Of a stretch of 64,000 nt of DNA, positions 24,651 to 38,513 are shown piece after piece (the first letter of the stretch is position 1; every line of letters begins with the position of its first letter). Origin of the DNA: Eledone cirrhosa (lineage: Eukaryota). A program made the position numbers and the translations under genes. The stretch covers positions 1,116,001 to 1,180,000 of the forward strand of contig OZ024743.1 in the NCBI GenBank assembly GCA_964016885.1, given 5' to 3'. The notes under the pieces were generated by a model. It made no database searches and was not told the DNA's origin. It worked only from the letters and a program-made list of their open reading frames with translations.

Positions 24651-26363
24651 GTTGGTGGGGTGGGGACGGAGATGTTTGGTGGGGTGGGGACTGGTGGGAT
24701 GGGGGTGTCTGGAGTGGGGAGACATTTGAGAAGGACGCAGTTGAGTGGTTTCACGCAGGAATTCCCCACATCCTTCTCAAATGTTTCTTTTAGGGACCTA
24801 TAAGTTTGTATAGGGACCCTAATCAGTTTTAGGTTCAGCTTTTTGCTATTTTTGATAGAGTGGGCGAAAGTTTTCGTGATGGTCTCCATTTGTGTTTTGT
24901 TTTCAGTGTTTATGTAAGTGTCAGCGTAATTTTCTTGTGTTGTGTTTGTTTTTGTCTGTAGTTCTTGTGTGTGCTTTCGTTTTGTTGTAGGCGTTTTGTT
25001 TTCAGGGGGTGGGGGTTTTGTTTGTGATGTTTTTGTTGTTTGTGTTGGTGGTTGTATGTTTGTGGTAGTGTTTGCTTTTTTTTTGCTTTTGTGATGTCTT
25101 TTCTTTCTTTTCGAGCGATGGGATTCCCCCTCGTCTTCACTGGGTGATGGCGAGATAGCCTCATCTGTTGTATCGTCTGTGTGATTGGGGAGGGGTATGT
25201 CTTTGGGAGCTGTTGTGTCTGTATGTGATTTTGCAGTGGTTTTAGGTGGAGTGGGGTTGGGTGGGACTGTGTTTGTTGTGGTTATTTTTGTGTGTTGGTG
25301 TTGTTGTTGTGGTGGTGTTGGTGGTTGTGTTGTTTTGATGGGTGTCGGCAGAAGAGCCTTTTTTTTATTCATTAATTTAGGACAGGAAGCCCTCAGGTGA
25401 CCCCTGCTAAAGCAATGGTAACATGAAGGCCGCCTACCCTCAACCGAAAAATTTATGTAGGTGAGTCCGTCCAGGAGTACACGTTGTGGGATCATAGCTA
25501 TTCGCTCTGGGCTCATTTGCACCAGAACTTCAATGCTAGTCCCATTGAATACATCTCTGGGGGACTTTCCTACTGACAGTATTCTGTCTTCATCAAAATT
25601 GATGAAGCCGCACAGTATCCACCATATGTTCACCTTTGGTGTGACACTCGTGATTTTGATCTTTTGTGTCCTTTTTCCCATGTATGTAGGGAAAAAGGTG
25701 TACAGGTTGGATACAATTGGCGACACAGAGTAATTTTGGGCCGTCAATTGATCCTTCATGAGTACCGAAATACTCCCAAAAAGTTTGCTTCTTTGAATGA
25801 ATGCAATATCATTCATTGAATTTTTGAAAACCAGTTCAATTTCTTTCTGTGACAATTGGACTGGTTTTCGGGTAGAATTGGAAACTGTCCTAAAAACTAT
25901 CGTTTTGAGAGCAGTTTCCTTGCGAATTTCTACCGGAGAATTGATGCTGAAAGCACCATTTTTTTCGAAAGTGACATATCTCCTAGCGTCCTTTAAAAGT
26001 TGTTCAGCATTTGTTATGTCGAGATATATCAGTCCTCCTTTTTTTGAACTGTCTTTGCAAAGGAGATTTTTGGTTTCTTTGTGGAATTATCCGTGCTGGT
26101 GGTGTTGTTATTATTGTTGTTATTGTTGTTGTTATTCTTGTTGTCACCGATGTTGATATTATTCGTATTTTCCTTGGTGTTGTTGTTGTCTTTGATGCTG
26201 GTGTTATTGGTGTTGTCTTTATTTTTTCTTTGTTGTTGTTATCATTGTTGTTTTTATCATCATTATTGGTGCTGCTGTTATTTTTGTTGTCATTGAACTG
26301 TTTGGTGTCATTTGTGTTGTTTGGATATGAATTTGTTTTTGTATTTTCATTTCGTCTTTCCAT
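24638..26363 (-). pseudogene. Tx1 ORF1 gag-like protein (frame break near 26000)
   Basis: CYHCFSRGHLRASC zinc knuckle, then a Pro/Thr/Lys-rich tail; Asn/Thr-rich N-terminal piece at 26004-26363. Confidence 0.8.
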
Positions 26364-26699
26364 CTCTATAGTGAAGAAGACGATGTTGACTGCGAGCTTT
26401 GTAGTCTTACCGCCTCTCCACCACCATTATCGTTGGACGCAGCGTTCATAACGTAATCAAACTTTTACAATATTTTTTCCAAGATTCGATGGAGAAAAGA
26501 TTTATCCAAACGAATATTTCGCCCCTGTAGGGGCGAAAATGAGTTGACCCACCACCTGAAGGTTCAGACGGGGGGGGGGGGTCAGGTTACACAATAATAT
26601 AAAATTTAACTGAAAACTCACGTTTTTTTCTTACATAAATTAACGGAAACTTCTCCGCGAAGTTACATACGTCTGATAGAGAGAGGGAGAGAGATAGAG

Positions 26700-28128
26700 A
26701 GATAGGTTTGTTTCTTTTATTTGCCACCAGGGCATCAAAAGTGGGACAAGTACAATGGGGGGAGTTTACAAAACAAGGCGTCCTCAATAAGGAGGAGGCA
26801 ATAACAATATATAAAAATAAAATAAAATATAACAAAAAATAAAATTTATAACAAAGTCCTCAATAGAGAGGAGGCGCCTTGGGGGGTCGCACACACCCCC
26901 GAAAAAAGTGTGCAACCCTTCTACTCAGGAGCACAGAGAAGGGGTGCTCCCTTGGTCTTTCATCTTCCTCACCTATAGTCTGATGTAGAGTGAAGGCCCA
27001 TTCACACGGGCCATTCTCGCCACTTTCACCCATCTTTCATAGAAACGGCTGGGGTGCAGCACCTCTCTCTCCATCCTGATCCTTCTTCCGAAATGATATC
27101 GGAAGAAACGGACCAGTTGTTGGCCAGAGAGAAAGGTGTCTGACCTCAGTCCTTTTAGACGCGTCCACCATACAACCTCTTTCGCCATGGCTATTACGCA
27201 CAGAAACACCGCCTCTCCTTCGTTTTTGAAGAGGGGAGGCGGCTTGATCGTTACAATAGACTTGGTGGTCAACCGGATCGGTCCCACCCTTGACAGCAGT
27301 TGTTCGACATAGCCCCACAGATCGGCAATGCCCGAGCAGTGTACCAATGCGTGTGCAACGGTTTCCTCGTCGCACATGCATCTGGGACAGATCTTTTTCG
27401 ATGGGTCCCTACCCGGCCGCCCGTGTCTGTAAAGCCTTTCTCGAACGGGCAGCGCCCTTCTGTAGCATTGCCAGGCCAGGGACCTCTGGAAGTTATCCAT
27501 GGGTCCCGGGCTGAATGTCCTACCGAACAGGTTGGCCAGTTCATCTTCCTCCATGCCTAGGGCTTCTCCGAGGGCGTCGTCGCACCTGCTAACCACCAGC
27601 CCTCTATAGAATGACGAGGTGGATTCTCCACTGACAGCCGGGTCCGCCTGCCAGAGAGCCGTGAGCACCTGGGCACACTCGGTGTGCCAGGCGCCCAGTT
27701 TTCTCGGTCTTTGCTTGACCCAGGATTGCAGCTCGGTGAGTGAGACGAGTCTGGGAAAGGCTCGCCTCACAAACGGGGCCCACACCGGTTGACCGGAGAG
27801 GAATACCTGAAGGTGCCGTAGCCTTAATGCGTGTTTACGTATCATTAGCCACGGCATCCCCAGCCCTCCTTTCGAAGGGTGTTGACAGCAGATGGATCTC
27901 CTCACCATAGGAGCACGCTTCTTCCAAAGGAATTGGAAGAGTGCGCGCTCCATTTTGGCGAGCGTTTCCCTTGGGCAAGGCACAGCGGTCAGGCGGTAGT
28001 AGATGACGGACGCTATATAAGTGTTCGCCACCTCCGCCCGACCTTTCAGGGACAGTTTGCACTCGGCCCACTTCTGGGTCAGTGCAAACACCCTGTTCGT
28101 CACCTCACCCCAGTTCTTCTCCACCTGG

Positions 28129-28130
<2 letters not shown>
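26700..28130 (-). mobile_element. 5'-truncated Tx1-type LINE; ORF2 C-terminus at 26973-28124
   Basis: 383-aa ORF highly similar to the C-terminus of 21248-23677; bounded by (GATA)n and (GA)n. Confidence 0.93.
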
Positions 28131-28202
<72 letters not shown>

Positions 28203-29297
28203 TGTGAGGAAGAGAGAGATAGAAAAAGAGAGAGATTTTGAGAGGGTGGGAAATAAAGAAGAGAGAAATGTTTGGAGGACAAAGAGAGAGAAATGTATTT
28301 TTCAATGACATTCTCTCTAAGCTATATGGCTGATTAACTATTTTGTCGGTGTTTGTGTACTTGCACCTAATTTGTGAGTACACCTTTTGTGCTCCTACTG
28401 TGTACTCACTGACAGCCAGTGACTGATCATTATTAAACATTGTGCACGGGATGGTGATGAACAAACTTCAAAAACAACCAATTACTATTTTCTGTTTCTT
28501 TTGTTCCCCCCTTTCTCCAGAAAGTATATGAACAAAAGCTACATATATCCCTTTATCAAGTTTACTTTTAACCAATACAGCAATTACTAAACCCTTCACA
28601 CAGTTTATACAAGATGTGTTTGTTGAACGCGTTGAAACAGGAAAACGTTCTGTTCAAACATAGAGATTGTTATAGTAAAAATAATGGCTCCTATTCTATT
28701 TTGTTATATTTGTTCTTTCCAGTTAAACATATTGACATTGTGGTTAACAGTTCTGATCATAGTCTCCTTGCTGCTGTTTTTGTCGAATACAGTTTCATCA
28801 TGTGTGTGTGTTTGTGTGTGTGTGGGGGTGATTTGTTGTGTATGTGTTTGTTTGTCTACGTGTGTGTATTTGTCTATGTATGTTTGTGTTTGTGTTTGTG
28901 TGTGTCTTTCTACGCGTCGGTGTCGAGGCCTGTGTGCTTGTATATATGTCTGTCTATGCGTCACTGTGTATATGTGAGAGCGTGTTTGTTTGATTCTGTG
29001 TGTGTGTACGTATGTGTGTATGTTGTGTGTGGGGGGGTGCACGCGCGCCCGTGTGTGTGTGTGTGCGTGCGTGTGCGTGACGCAAGGTTCAGAAAAAACA
29101 CATATTTTCTGTATATCGATATAATCAAGATTTTTCTCGTTTATTCATTTCCATCAGAGATTGATCATAGTCCCAATAATTTCTAATTAGTTGTAGGGCA
29201 CTCTCAGTAAATAAATATCTCGATTGGACAAATTAAGATGTGCCTTGGGAGATTCATGTGTGGCTAGTTACAACTCACACACACGCGCGCGCGCGCG

Positions 29298-29383
<86 letters not shown>

Positions 29384-31544
29384 CATATGCAGACACACAG
29401 CCATAAACATATATACTTATATATATATTTAGTCACCCAATTCAGGATATATCTGCTCCAGAGTCATTTTACAGGTTCGCCAGCACTTGAACCGCTATTT
29501 TAACGATATTTACCCAGAACCCTTGCAGACACTCTAGTCCAGGCGCCTTCTAATTATTATTATTATATCAATCTGCTACTCTAGATTTATCAGTTTTTTC
29601 CCTGTTCCTCCTATCTAACCATACTCATCGCCGTGGCTATCGTTTTTTAGGTATCACTTAAAACCTCTCTGCTTCTCTCTGGGTCTGACACTTCATACTA
29701 TGCAATAGGATCTGGTAAAACACGCCATGCAATGGAATCGGACCTAGGAACTCATGATTACGAACTTCGCAACTATTCACCAATGCCTGCGCCCACAAAC
29801 AATAATATACTTGATTAACGGAAACTAGGATGAAATCCAACACTAAAGGTTAGTTAGCCTGAAATATTAAAAGAAAGAGGAGTATGCACTTACATAATAT
29901 ATGGTTGGATGAATAAATGAATGAGTGAATATATTAATTAATGAATATCCTTTCGCTACTGTTAATGATTTCTTTTCATACTATGAGAATGAATGTTATT
30001 AAAAATAACGCTACATTCAATCAACTTGATTTCGCTAATCTCTAACTTGAAGCAATGAAAATAAGTCAAACAGAAAAATATGTAATTAGGTCCATGATAC
30101 ATTAAAAATATGTTTCCATGATACACATATATAAAAGAAATGTAAACAATAATAACAACAAAAACAGAACTAAATTCACCAGTTGAGAGGCTAGAAATAA
30201 TTTATCCGTCCTGAATATTTTCAGTTGGTAATAGAAAAAAAAAACGAGATAACGAAAAGAAAAAGAAACCATCGAAATAATACAGTATCTGACATTGTAG
30301 GATGTTATTGATTTGGTATTATTTATTTAATTATTATTAACGGAAACGGAATGGTTTTAGCATGAACGGTGAATATATTTGCATTAGATTAGTCCATTTG
30401 TTTAAATGCTTTTTATTGTTGCAGTCCACCTACATTGCTTTTTTTGTTGTTGTTGTTTTCTTTAGCTAGTTGAAGAGCAAACGTATTCTGATAATGTATA
30501 TTATCGTCAACCGAATACCGGATGGTAGAATTGATCTGTGAATATAATATTGGCAGCCATACACAAGAACACACATGTACACAGCAAATGAGATAGAGAG
30601 AGGTAGATGGGAAAAGGGCGAGAGGGGGTGGGGAGAAATTTGAGCTTGAATATACGATAGCGGAAAAGGGATGGGAATCAGTTGTATTATAATAACTTCC
30701 TTCTATGTATCACAATATATATATATATATATATATATAATACATATGGTTCTTTATTTGTGTGTGATTTCGTATTGCGAATGAATGGCCCTTTCATATG
30801 TATACAGTTAATTTATATATTTTAAACCCACACTGTGTAACCATTAAGGTAATTTATATACACGTATTAATACAAGGCTTTAGTTGAATTTCAAGAAACT
30901 AGCTATTTCATAGTCTCTGTTTATACAGGTACACATTCTCAGGTATGAGAAGTTGTATGTTCCAACCGCAAACAGCCATAATTACATCCGTAAAAATGAG
31001 GAATATCTGCTCCTTCTGATGATTATATATTTCAGAAGTATTTATAAAGCCTGTTGTAAGTGGGATACATCTGCGCAATAGGAAAAGTAGGTACTTTAAT
31101 GTCACTGTTATGAACTATTACGCATAGCCTTCAAGAACATAACTTTAAATATTCCTCCTTCTACTACCTGGTTATATATATCACATTATATATATTACAT
31201 TATATATATTACATTACATTTTATATAGCATTTTTTTCTTTATATGAATTGATCATCTGAGCCTCCCACAAGCTTTGTCCTAGTAGGTAATTGTAACTTC
31301 TTCGACCACACAGATATACTTCCCTCACACCAAGGTTTATTCACCTTTTATCATCCAGTTACATGAAAAACTGATATTCAGGGTATTTACATAATGCAAT
31401 ATTGCTAATGATTAGTTTTTGCAGCTGGGATACACGATCATATAGGTATGTATATATATATATATTTATATATATATATATATATATAAAATAAATAAAA
31501 ATAAATATACACGGGTGTGTATGATTGTGTATAGAAGATTATAT

Positions 31545-31907
31545 TAATAAAAAAAAGGAATTCCAACTTTGTCTGATTTACTCGTTTTATTTCCAATCCT
31601 TTAAAATTATAATGATATTATAATGAAATATTATGGTAGAATATTAAATGTTAAATGTTAATTGAACAAGTACTTTCATGCTTTCGCAATCTTCAGGTTC
31701 ATATTGAGTGGTGACAGTCAAGTTGGCATGCAAACTTGACTGTCACCACTGAATATGAGCCTGAAGATTGCGAAAGCATAAAAGTACTTGTTCAATTAAC
31801 GATTAACAATTAAAATATTCTACCATACTATTTCATTATAATATCATTATAATTTTAAAGGATTGGAAATAAAACGAGTAAATCAGACAAAGTTGGAATT
31901 CCTTTTA

Positions 31908-31912
<5 letters not shown>
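31545..31912. mobile_element. Family L fold-back element (~180-bp arms)
   Basis: Near-perfect palindrome centred near 31730, ending in (TA)n. Confidence 0.88.
31663..31701 (-). ncRNA. Minimal type I hammerhead ribozyme, family L
   Basis: Minus strand TGAAC CTGAAGA t TGC gaaa GCA t GAAA GTAC TT GTTCA; GNRA-capped stem II, palindromic stem III; the right-arm copy (31756-31794) has G12 to A. Confidence 0.78.
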
Positions 31913-31983
<71 letters not shown>

Positions 31984-32063
31984 GTAAACAGAAATAACAA
32001 CACAATCGGTACAGTATATGGAAGGTATACATTAGGTTAACACTTGACATAGCAGGAAGAGGG

Positions 32064-32099
32064 TCTTAACGTTTCGGACGCTAGTCCTTCATCAGAAGA
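32064..32099 (-). ncRNA. Minimal type I hammerhead ribozyme, family K (element 31979-32200)
   Basis: Minus strand TCTT CTGATGA a GGAC tagc GTCC GAAAC GTT AAGA. Confidence 0.85.
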
Positions 32100-32196
32100 A
32101 ACAATGAGAAATAATATAGATTGAGGGGAAGGGCGGGATGGAATTGGAAAAATACCTTTAGATAAAAATAACAGGTCCATTCATGTTGACATCTTT

Positions 32197-32318
<122 letters not shown>

Positions 32319-32471
32319 AATGTAACGTCCAGTGTAGGTTAAACAGAGTGAGTACTCAATGCTAGTTTCCATATGTATATATATATATACGTACATGCAT
32401 GCATACACACACACACACATGTATATATTTGATGTATATGTGTGTTTATACACACAAACACTCATATAAAC

Positions 32472-32565
<94 letters not shown>

Positions 32566-32568
<3 letters not shown>

Positions 32569-33030
32569 ATCTGTTTTTTTCGAATATTAATAAGAACATT
32601 CGATACGTTTGCAATTATGCAAACAAGCCTCAATATTATAGCCATGTCACTAGAATGAACCCTTCATTCTTGCTCTTGTGTTGGCATGTGAACAGAACTG
32701 CAGACACTAATGTTTCTGGGTATCAGCCTTCATCAGTACAGCTCAATGTTCACCTGCCAAACTGTCAGATCTAGTGAAAATATCTGCTATTTTCAAAAAT
32801 ACACAGTGACTGATCGGCCTGATTTGCATATTAGCAGACTAGCTGAGCTGTCAGATTTGCATAATAGCAGATCCACTGATCAGCCAGATTTGCATATCAG
32901 CAGTCTGGCCAGTCAGTTTCCTGTATACGAGCGATAAATGGCCGGCTTTGTCAAATTCAAATAAAAAAGAAAATTTACGCTCTACGTGGCTGAATACAAT
33001 ATTTTGAACTATTGAAGTAACGTACCTTCC
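32566..33030 (-). mobile_element. Family F element, about one 435-bp monomer, with HHR at 32698-32741
   Basis: Minus strand CTGTA CTGATGA a ggctgataccc a GAAA CAT ta GTG TC TGCAG; flanked by (TA)n. Confidence 0.82.
32822..32895. promoter_or_regulatory. Three octamer motifs ATTTGCAT at 33-bp spacing
   Basis: ATTTGCAT at 32822, 32855 and 32888, upstream of the family F HHR in its sense direction; function is inferred. Confidence 0.5.
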
Positions 33031-33110
<80 letters not shown>

Positions 33111-33114
<4 letters not shown>

Positions 33115-33602
33115 CGAGAACAAATCCAGGATGCAGTTGCAGGAAGCCGGATGAATGCCCATTGCAGGGTAAATGTAACACCAAATCTGTTGTTTATGAG
33201 GCTAAAATAACACCGGTAATCAACAACCAGCCAGCCAGGAGTGAGCGATATGTCGGTATGACCCAGGACAGGTTTAAAACCAGATTTTACTCACATGTCG
33301 CTTCTTTTAAGCACTCCGATAAACGAACATCAACGGCCCTCGCAAGTAAGGTGTGGGAATTCAAAGATAGTAACCTCCCGTACTCTATCGATTGGTCTAT
33401 CTTAGACCATTCGAGGGAGTACCAAAGGGGCACAAAGAATTCTTCTTTGTGTACCACAGAAAAATATAGGATTTTGCTAAACTTGAGAGCCACTTCTGCT
33501 TGCCTAAACACAAAGACTGAGATCTTCAGATGTTGTCCTCATCTGAAATCACATCTGATCTGTAACTGGATTGACACTCCTATGATAAATCAACCGCCTT
33601 GA
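33111..33602 (+). pseudogene. Penelope-like element GIY-YIG endonuclease (5'-truncated at (TA)n)
   Basis: CSCRKPDECPLQGKC, VVYEA, RYVGMT, FKTRFYSH, LCTTEK, LNTKTE, CCPH. Confidence 0.9.
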
Positions 33603-33773
33603 ACTCCTTCTCTGCTCTTTACTTCTGCTACGGTTTTTTTTATTTGCTGAATCCACGTTCTGTACTCTTGTATTTTTTTTCCCTTATCTCCCCCTATATT
33701 TCACCTTTTCCTATGCCCCCCCCCCCCATATATTCTTTTTGCCTTACCCTTCATATACCAAAATGTATGTGTG

Positions 33774-33826
<53 letters not shown>

Positions 33827-33862
33827 ATATATATATATGTATATGTAGAATAACCAATTCTT

Positions 33863-33921
33863 TTCATTCTGAGGATTGAAGGCAAAATTATTTTGCTTTT
33901 AAGAAACAACTGGTGAATGGA
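33863..33921 (+). ncRNA. Degenerate hammerhead ribozyme, family M
   Basis: TTCATT CTGAGGA .. GAAA caacTGG TG AATGGA; position 17 is G, so probably inactive. Confidence 0.6.
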
Positions 33922-34018
33922 ATAATTGCCTTATGTTGTGTATTACATAATACTATATATATGTATATATAAGGTTCGTATGAATTATCTAAGATTGAGT
34001 TTTACACACACACATATA

Positions 34019-34049
<31 letters not shown>

Positions 34050-34182
34050 GTGTATGTGTGTGTTTTTTATTTAGTTGTGCGTGTTTGTGAAATGTACGTA
34101 TTTGTATGTGTATAATTGTATAGCTATATATGTATGTGTGTGTGTATGTGTATATATATATATATGTGTGTATGTGTGTGTG

Positions 34183-34257
<75 letters not shown>

Positions 34258-34303
34258 ATGTGTATATGTGTGTGTATATATGTATATGTGTGTGTGTTTT
34301 TTT

Positions 34304-34361
34304 TTCATTCTGAGGATTGAAAGCAACATTTTTTGCTTTTAAGAAACCACTGGTAAATGGA
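34304..34361 (+). ncRNA. Type I hammerhead ribozyme, family M (element extends to 34460)
   Basis: TTCATT CTGAGGA TTGAAAGCAA..TTGCTTTTAA GAAA CCAcTGG TA AATGGA. Confidence 0.85.
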
Positions 34362-34482
34362 ATAATTGCCTTATGTTGTTTATTACATAACTATTAAGCT
34401 GTGTTACCTACATAGAGCACTCTTTTTTCCTGGACTTTTCCGACGGAATTACTTCATTTATATATATATATATATATATATA

Positions 34483-34897
34483 TTCGCTCTACATGGCTAA
34501 ATAAAATAAATGTAATCTGAGTTTTTCGAATATTAATAATAACATTCGATTCGTTTGCAATTATGCAAACAATTCTCAATTTTATAGCCATGTCAGTAGA
34601 ATGAACACTTCATTCTTGCTCGTCTGTTGGCATGAATTTTTGAAAATAGCATATATTTTCACTAGCTCTGATAGTTTGGAAAGTGAACAGTGAGCTGTAC
34701 TGATGAAGGGTGATACCCAGAAACATTAGAGTCTACAGTTCTGTTCACATGCCAACACAAGAGCAAGAATGAAGGGTTCATTCTACTGACATGGCTATAA
34801 AATTGAGGGTTGTTTGCATAATTGCAAACGAATCGAATGTTATTATTAATATTCGAAAAACTCAGATTACATTTATTTTATTCAGCTATGTAGAGCG
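34483..34897. mobile_element. Family F fold-back copy with HHR at 34695-34738 (+)
   Basis: ~150-bp inverted arms; CTGTA CTGATGA a GGGT gat ACCC a GAAAC attaga GTC TACAG. Confidence 0.85.
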
Positions 34898-36892
34898 AAA
34901 AAAAAAAAAAATGATATATATATATATATATAGAAGGAACGTTACTTCAATAGTTCAAAATCTGAAATTACTAGTTATATAATCATAATATCTAACGAAA
35001 ACTATGCATTAATATATGCCATGCCTGTCACTCACTATCAAGATCTGAACACTTTCGATTTCTTCTCTAGGATGAGAGAGTCTGTGATACAGAGGAAGTG
35101 AGAACGAATTCTAGAGGAAGAATCGACCTTTGTACTGGGCTAGCGTATTTATTTATCAACCTTGAAAGAATGAAAGGCAACGTCAACATCTGCCGGATTT
35201 GAATTCAGAGCGTATATAGTCGCATGTTTATTTAAATGATATATTTAATTGTCAAGCTATTTTGGCGCGGCTTCTCTGACGTTCTCGATGAATATTCGTG
35301 ATCTTTTGTTTCTTCTTTTTGTTTTGATCTTACACTAATTACCCCATTTACATAGAACAAGGTCAAAACAAAGAGGAAACCTAGAGAAACAAAATATTCA
35401 TTAAGAATGTCACAGAATGTGTGACGAAAGAGTTTTGAAAGTTAGATATAACAACTAAATACCCACCCTGTTAATAAATTAACCGAGGAATGAATTATTT
35501 AACTACCTAGTAATAAAACTGAAGCAAAACACACTGGAGCGTGTGTTTTTTATTGGTAACATGAAACTTCCAAAGTATAACAGTACACATACATATGGGG
35601 GGGGGGGGGCTGTGATAGTGAGCATATATCTGTGAGGAGGCGTATTTGTCTAAGAGATGGTGCAGCACTCGGCTCGTGAGCTTTGTATAGCCCTCTCATA
35701 TGTGACTTATTCACACTCTCTCCCTGTATATATCACCCATAAACACAAACAAGCACATATGCACACACAAGCACACACACACATGCACATATACATCCAC
35801 GCATAAATATGTGTGTGTACATGTGTCTGTATATTTGCACTTATGTGCGAGTGTGTGAGCATGTGTGTGTACTTTTCTGTTTTATGTACGATTCAAAATA
35901 AGAAGGACTTCTTATGAACAGCAAACGTCTACAACTGTTTGTTTATATAATCTTTACACGAACATTTTACAACGTTCTATGAAAGTAATGTTATTAGCAT
36001 CCACTATATCGTTATCTTTAAACAGACAGAAACGAAAAACAATAGTGGAAAACGTGTTTAAGTAAACTGTTTTATTTGCAAACATATATTGAAAACTTCT
36101 CAGATTTCCAATTAGAACATTTTAGAATTTAATGATTGATATAAAAAAGGAAAGCTAAAGAAAAAAAATCAAAAACAGAAAGAAAAGATAAACAGTGAAT
36201 ATGTATTATCGTTTTATTGTCGGAACAATATGGGTTGTGTCTAGATTATTTTCTAAATTCCATTTCTGAATATAAGGTTGAAATTGGTTGAATCTACTCG
36301 TATTACATTTTCTTTCTTAAAAATTTGTAATTAGAAATGTAAGTAGGGTAGAGCTTTGCTGGCGTTTCTTATATGAAATATGCTTCTACATAAAAAACAG
36401 TTTGTCTTTGACCTGAGGTTTCAACTTTCGCCCGGCTTTAATGAAGAGTTTTCTTGCAGAACTTGAGTGTATGTAAACAACATCACCCAACATTAACAAC
36501 ATTACAAACCTGGCATTGAGTTTGTTTATAATATAGTTGTTGTTCTTTGTCAAAATCGTCCTTACTGTTGTTCGATCTTGTTGCTAAAAAAAATTCAAGT
36601 AGTTGAATACATTTGGAAAATTCTGTTGATTTGATAAAATGAAATGATTCGTTCTAAAATCAAACTCACGTCGTGTGCTACTTTGTGTCTCATCACCTCT
36701 CTTGCACGCTACTCGAAACTTCTAAAGGAAGTGTTTTTATTTAGTTGATGTGCGTTGAATCTCATCATTTATTTGATAAAGGCCCACTCAAGGTCAACCA
36801 TGTGATTTCATTTGAATTGAGTAAAATGGCTGCAGTAAAAGTTTGTTTCGAATTCATAATTTGCAAGTGATAACTCAACTCAGATGATTATT

Positions 36893-37074
36893 GTGAATTG
36901 GCAGTATCGGTAGAGGGTCGGATATGCTTTCCAGCATAGTTACGTCCCTTTACGATCTGAGTTCAAATCCCGCCGAGGTTAACTTTGCCTTTCATCCATA
37001 CAGAGGTCGATAAAATAAAGTACCAGTAATGTACTGGGTAATTGCTGGCCTTGTGCCAAAAGTAGAAACAATTA
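36893..37074 (+). mobile_element. SINE S1
   Basis: Consensus match. Confidence 0.9.
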
Positions 37075-37670
37075 TTATTTAGAAGAGTAAAATAAACTTA
37101 TAACATATAGTTTTCCATCATAGCCTCATCTCATACTTGTTTTATGTCATATCCAAATTCCTTATATTTTATTTATTCTTCCAAATTGCATTACTGTCAT
37201 TTCCCCTCTCCTCCGTCGACTGTTAGTATAATGCTAGACGTAATGCACATACATCCTCTTTTTATACTTTTTATATAAGCGTCTCAGAAAAAAGCCAGAG
37301 CTTTTCTCCACAATTATATATATTTCTTCATGTAATTTAATGTTTATGTAATTGAGCTAGAATTGTACTTAGAAAAAAGTATATTTGTTTCATATGTAGG
37401 TGTAAATAGAAAAGATAGAATATCTTTGCATATTTTAAGGTGACAAAAAAGAAGAAAACATAAACTCTAAGAATAAAATTGATGATTTTTGACAAGGTAA
37501 TTAAATTAGATTAATTGTTCCAATGTGGAATTACTTGTGACATCTACAGTGAAAATAATACACGGAATTCCAGGTGTGTATGAGTTGATGATATGAAATA
37601 TATATAAACTCGCTTCTATAAGATGGCTCAAATATCACGCCACTATTCGAAATATTTCAACGTATTCGTG

Positions 37671-37753
<83 letters not shown>

Positions 37754-37760
<7 letters not shown>

Positions 37761-38168
37761 GGTAATCCCAAAAGTAAGGTCTCCAAAGCGATGGGGACGC
37801 AGAGAAACTGTTCGTACGGCTGTTGGCAACACTATTGTGATTAGTGCTTCCTTCACTCCCAAACAAGCATGCGCGCGCTTTGCTGGGATGCTCAGTCTTG
37901 GCTTGGTAGCCGTTGAGAATGGAGCTCCCGTTGAACGCTACCGCCAAGTGCGAATTTCGCGCAGTTATTATATACGAGGGCAATCCCAAAAGTAAGGTCT
38001 CCTTCCGAGGAAAACATGCGTAAAATTCGGCGGATCACTCTGGATGCTCTCTGCACTTTGGTTCCTCAGGTTTCCCGAAGCACCATCCACAGGATTTTAA
38101 CGGGAAAGTTGCAATATCAGAAGTTGCAATATCGAAAGGAGATCTTACCTTTTGGATTGCCCTCGTAT
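37754..38168 (+). mobile_element. Internally deleted mariner-type DNA transposon
   Basis: TIR (TA)CGAGGGCAATCCCAAAAGTAAGGTCTCC at ~37755 and ~37973, inverted copy at 38139-38168; remnant RRITLDALCTLVPQVSRSTIHRIL (HTH). Confidence 0.8.
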
Positions 38169-38319
38169 ATATATATATATATAGTAATAATAATAAATGT
38201 GAAGGCTGAAATAGAAAGAGGACTCGATAAATATATATATATATTCACACGGAATGTATACCTTGAGTTCATTAAATTATGGGGGATTAATGTGAGTTTT
38301 TAACTCCGTTTTTTTAATT

Positions 38320-38457
<138 letters not shown>

Positions 38458-38513
38458 GTGTGTGTGTATGTGTGTGTATTAGTGTGTATTATATATATAT
38501 ATATATATAAACG

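Larger units (their letters stand above)
21005..26675 (-). mobile_element. Near full-length Tx1-type (L1 clade) non-LTR retrotransposon
   Basis: ORF1 with zinc knuckle, APE endonuclease, RT, C-terminal Zn motif, AATAAA, then (TCTA)n; 5' end abuts (TC)/(TCTA) repeats. Confidence 0.92.

Noticed and set aside
21312-28142. Overlapping and antisense ORFs within the Tx1 elements
   Set aside because: By-products of GC-rich retrotransposon coding sequence
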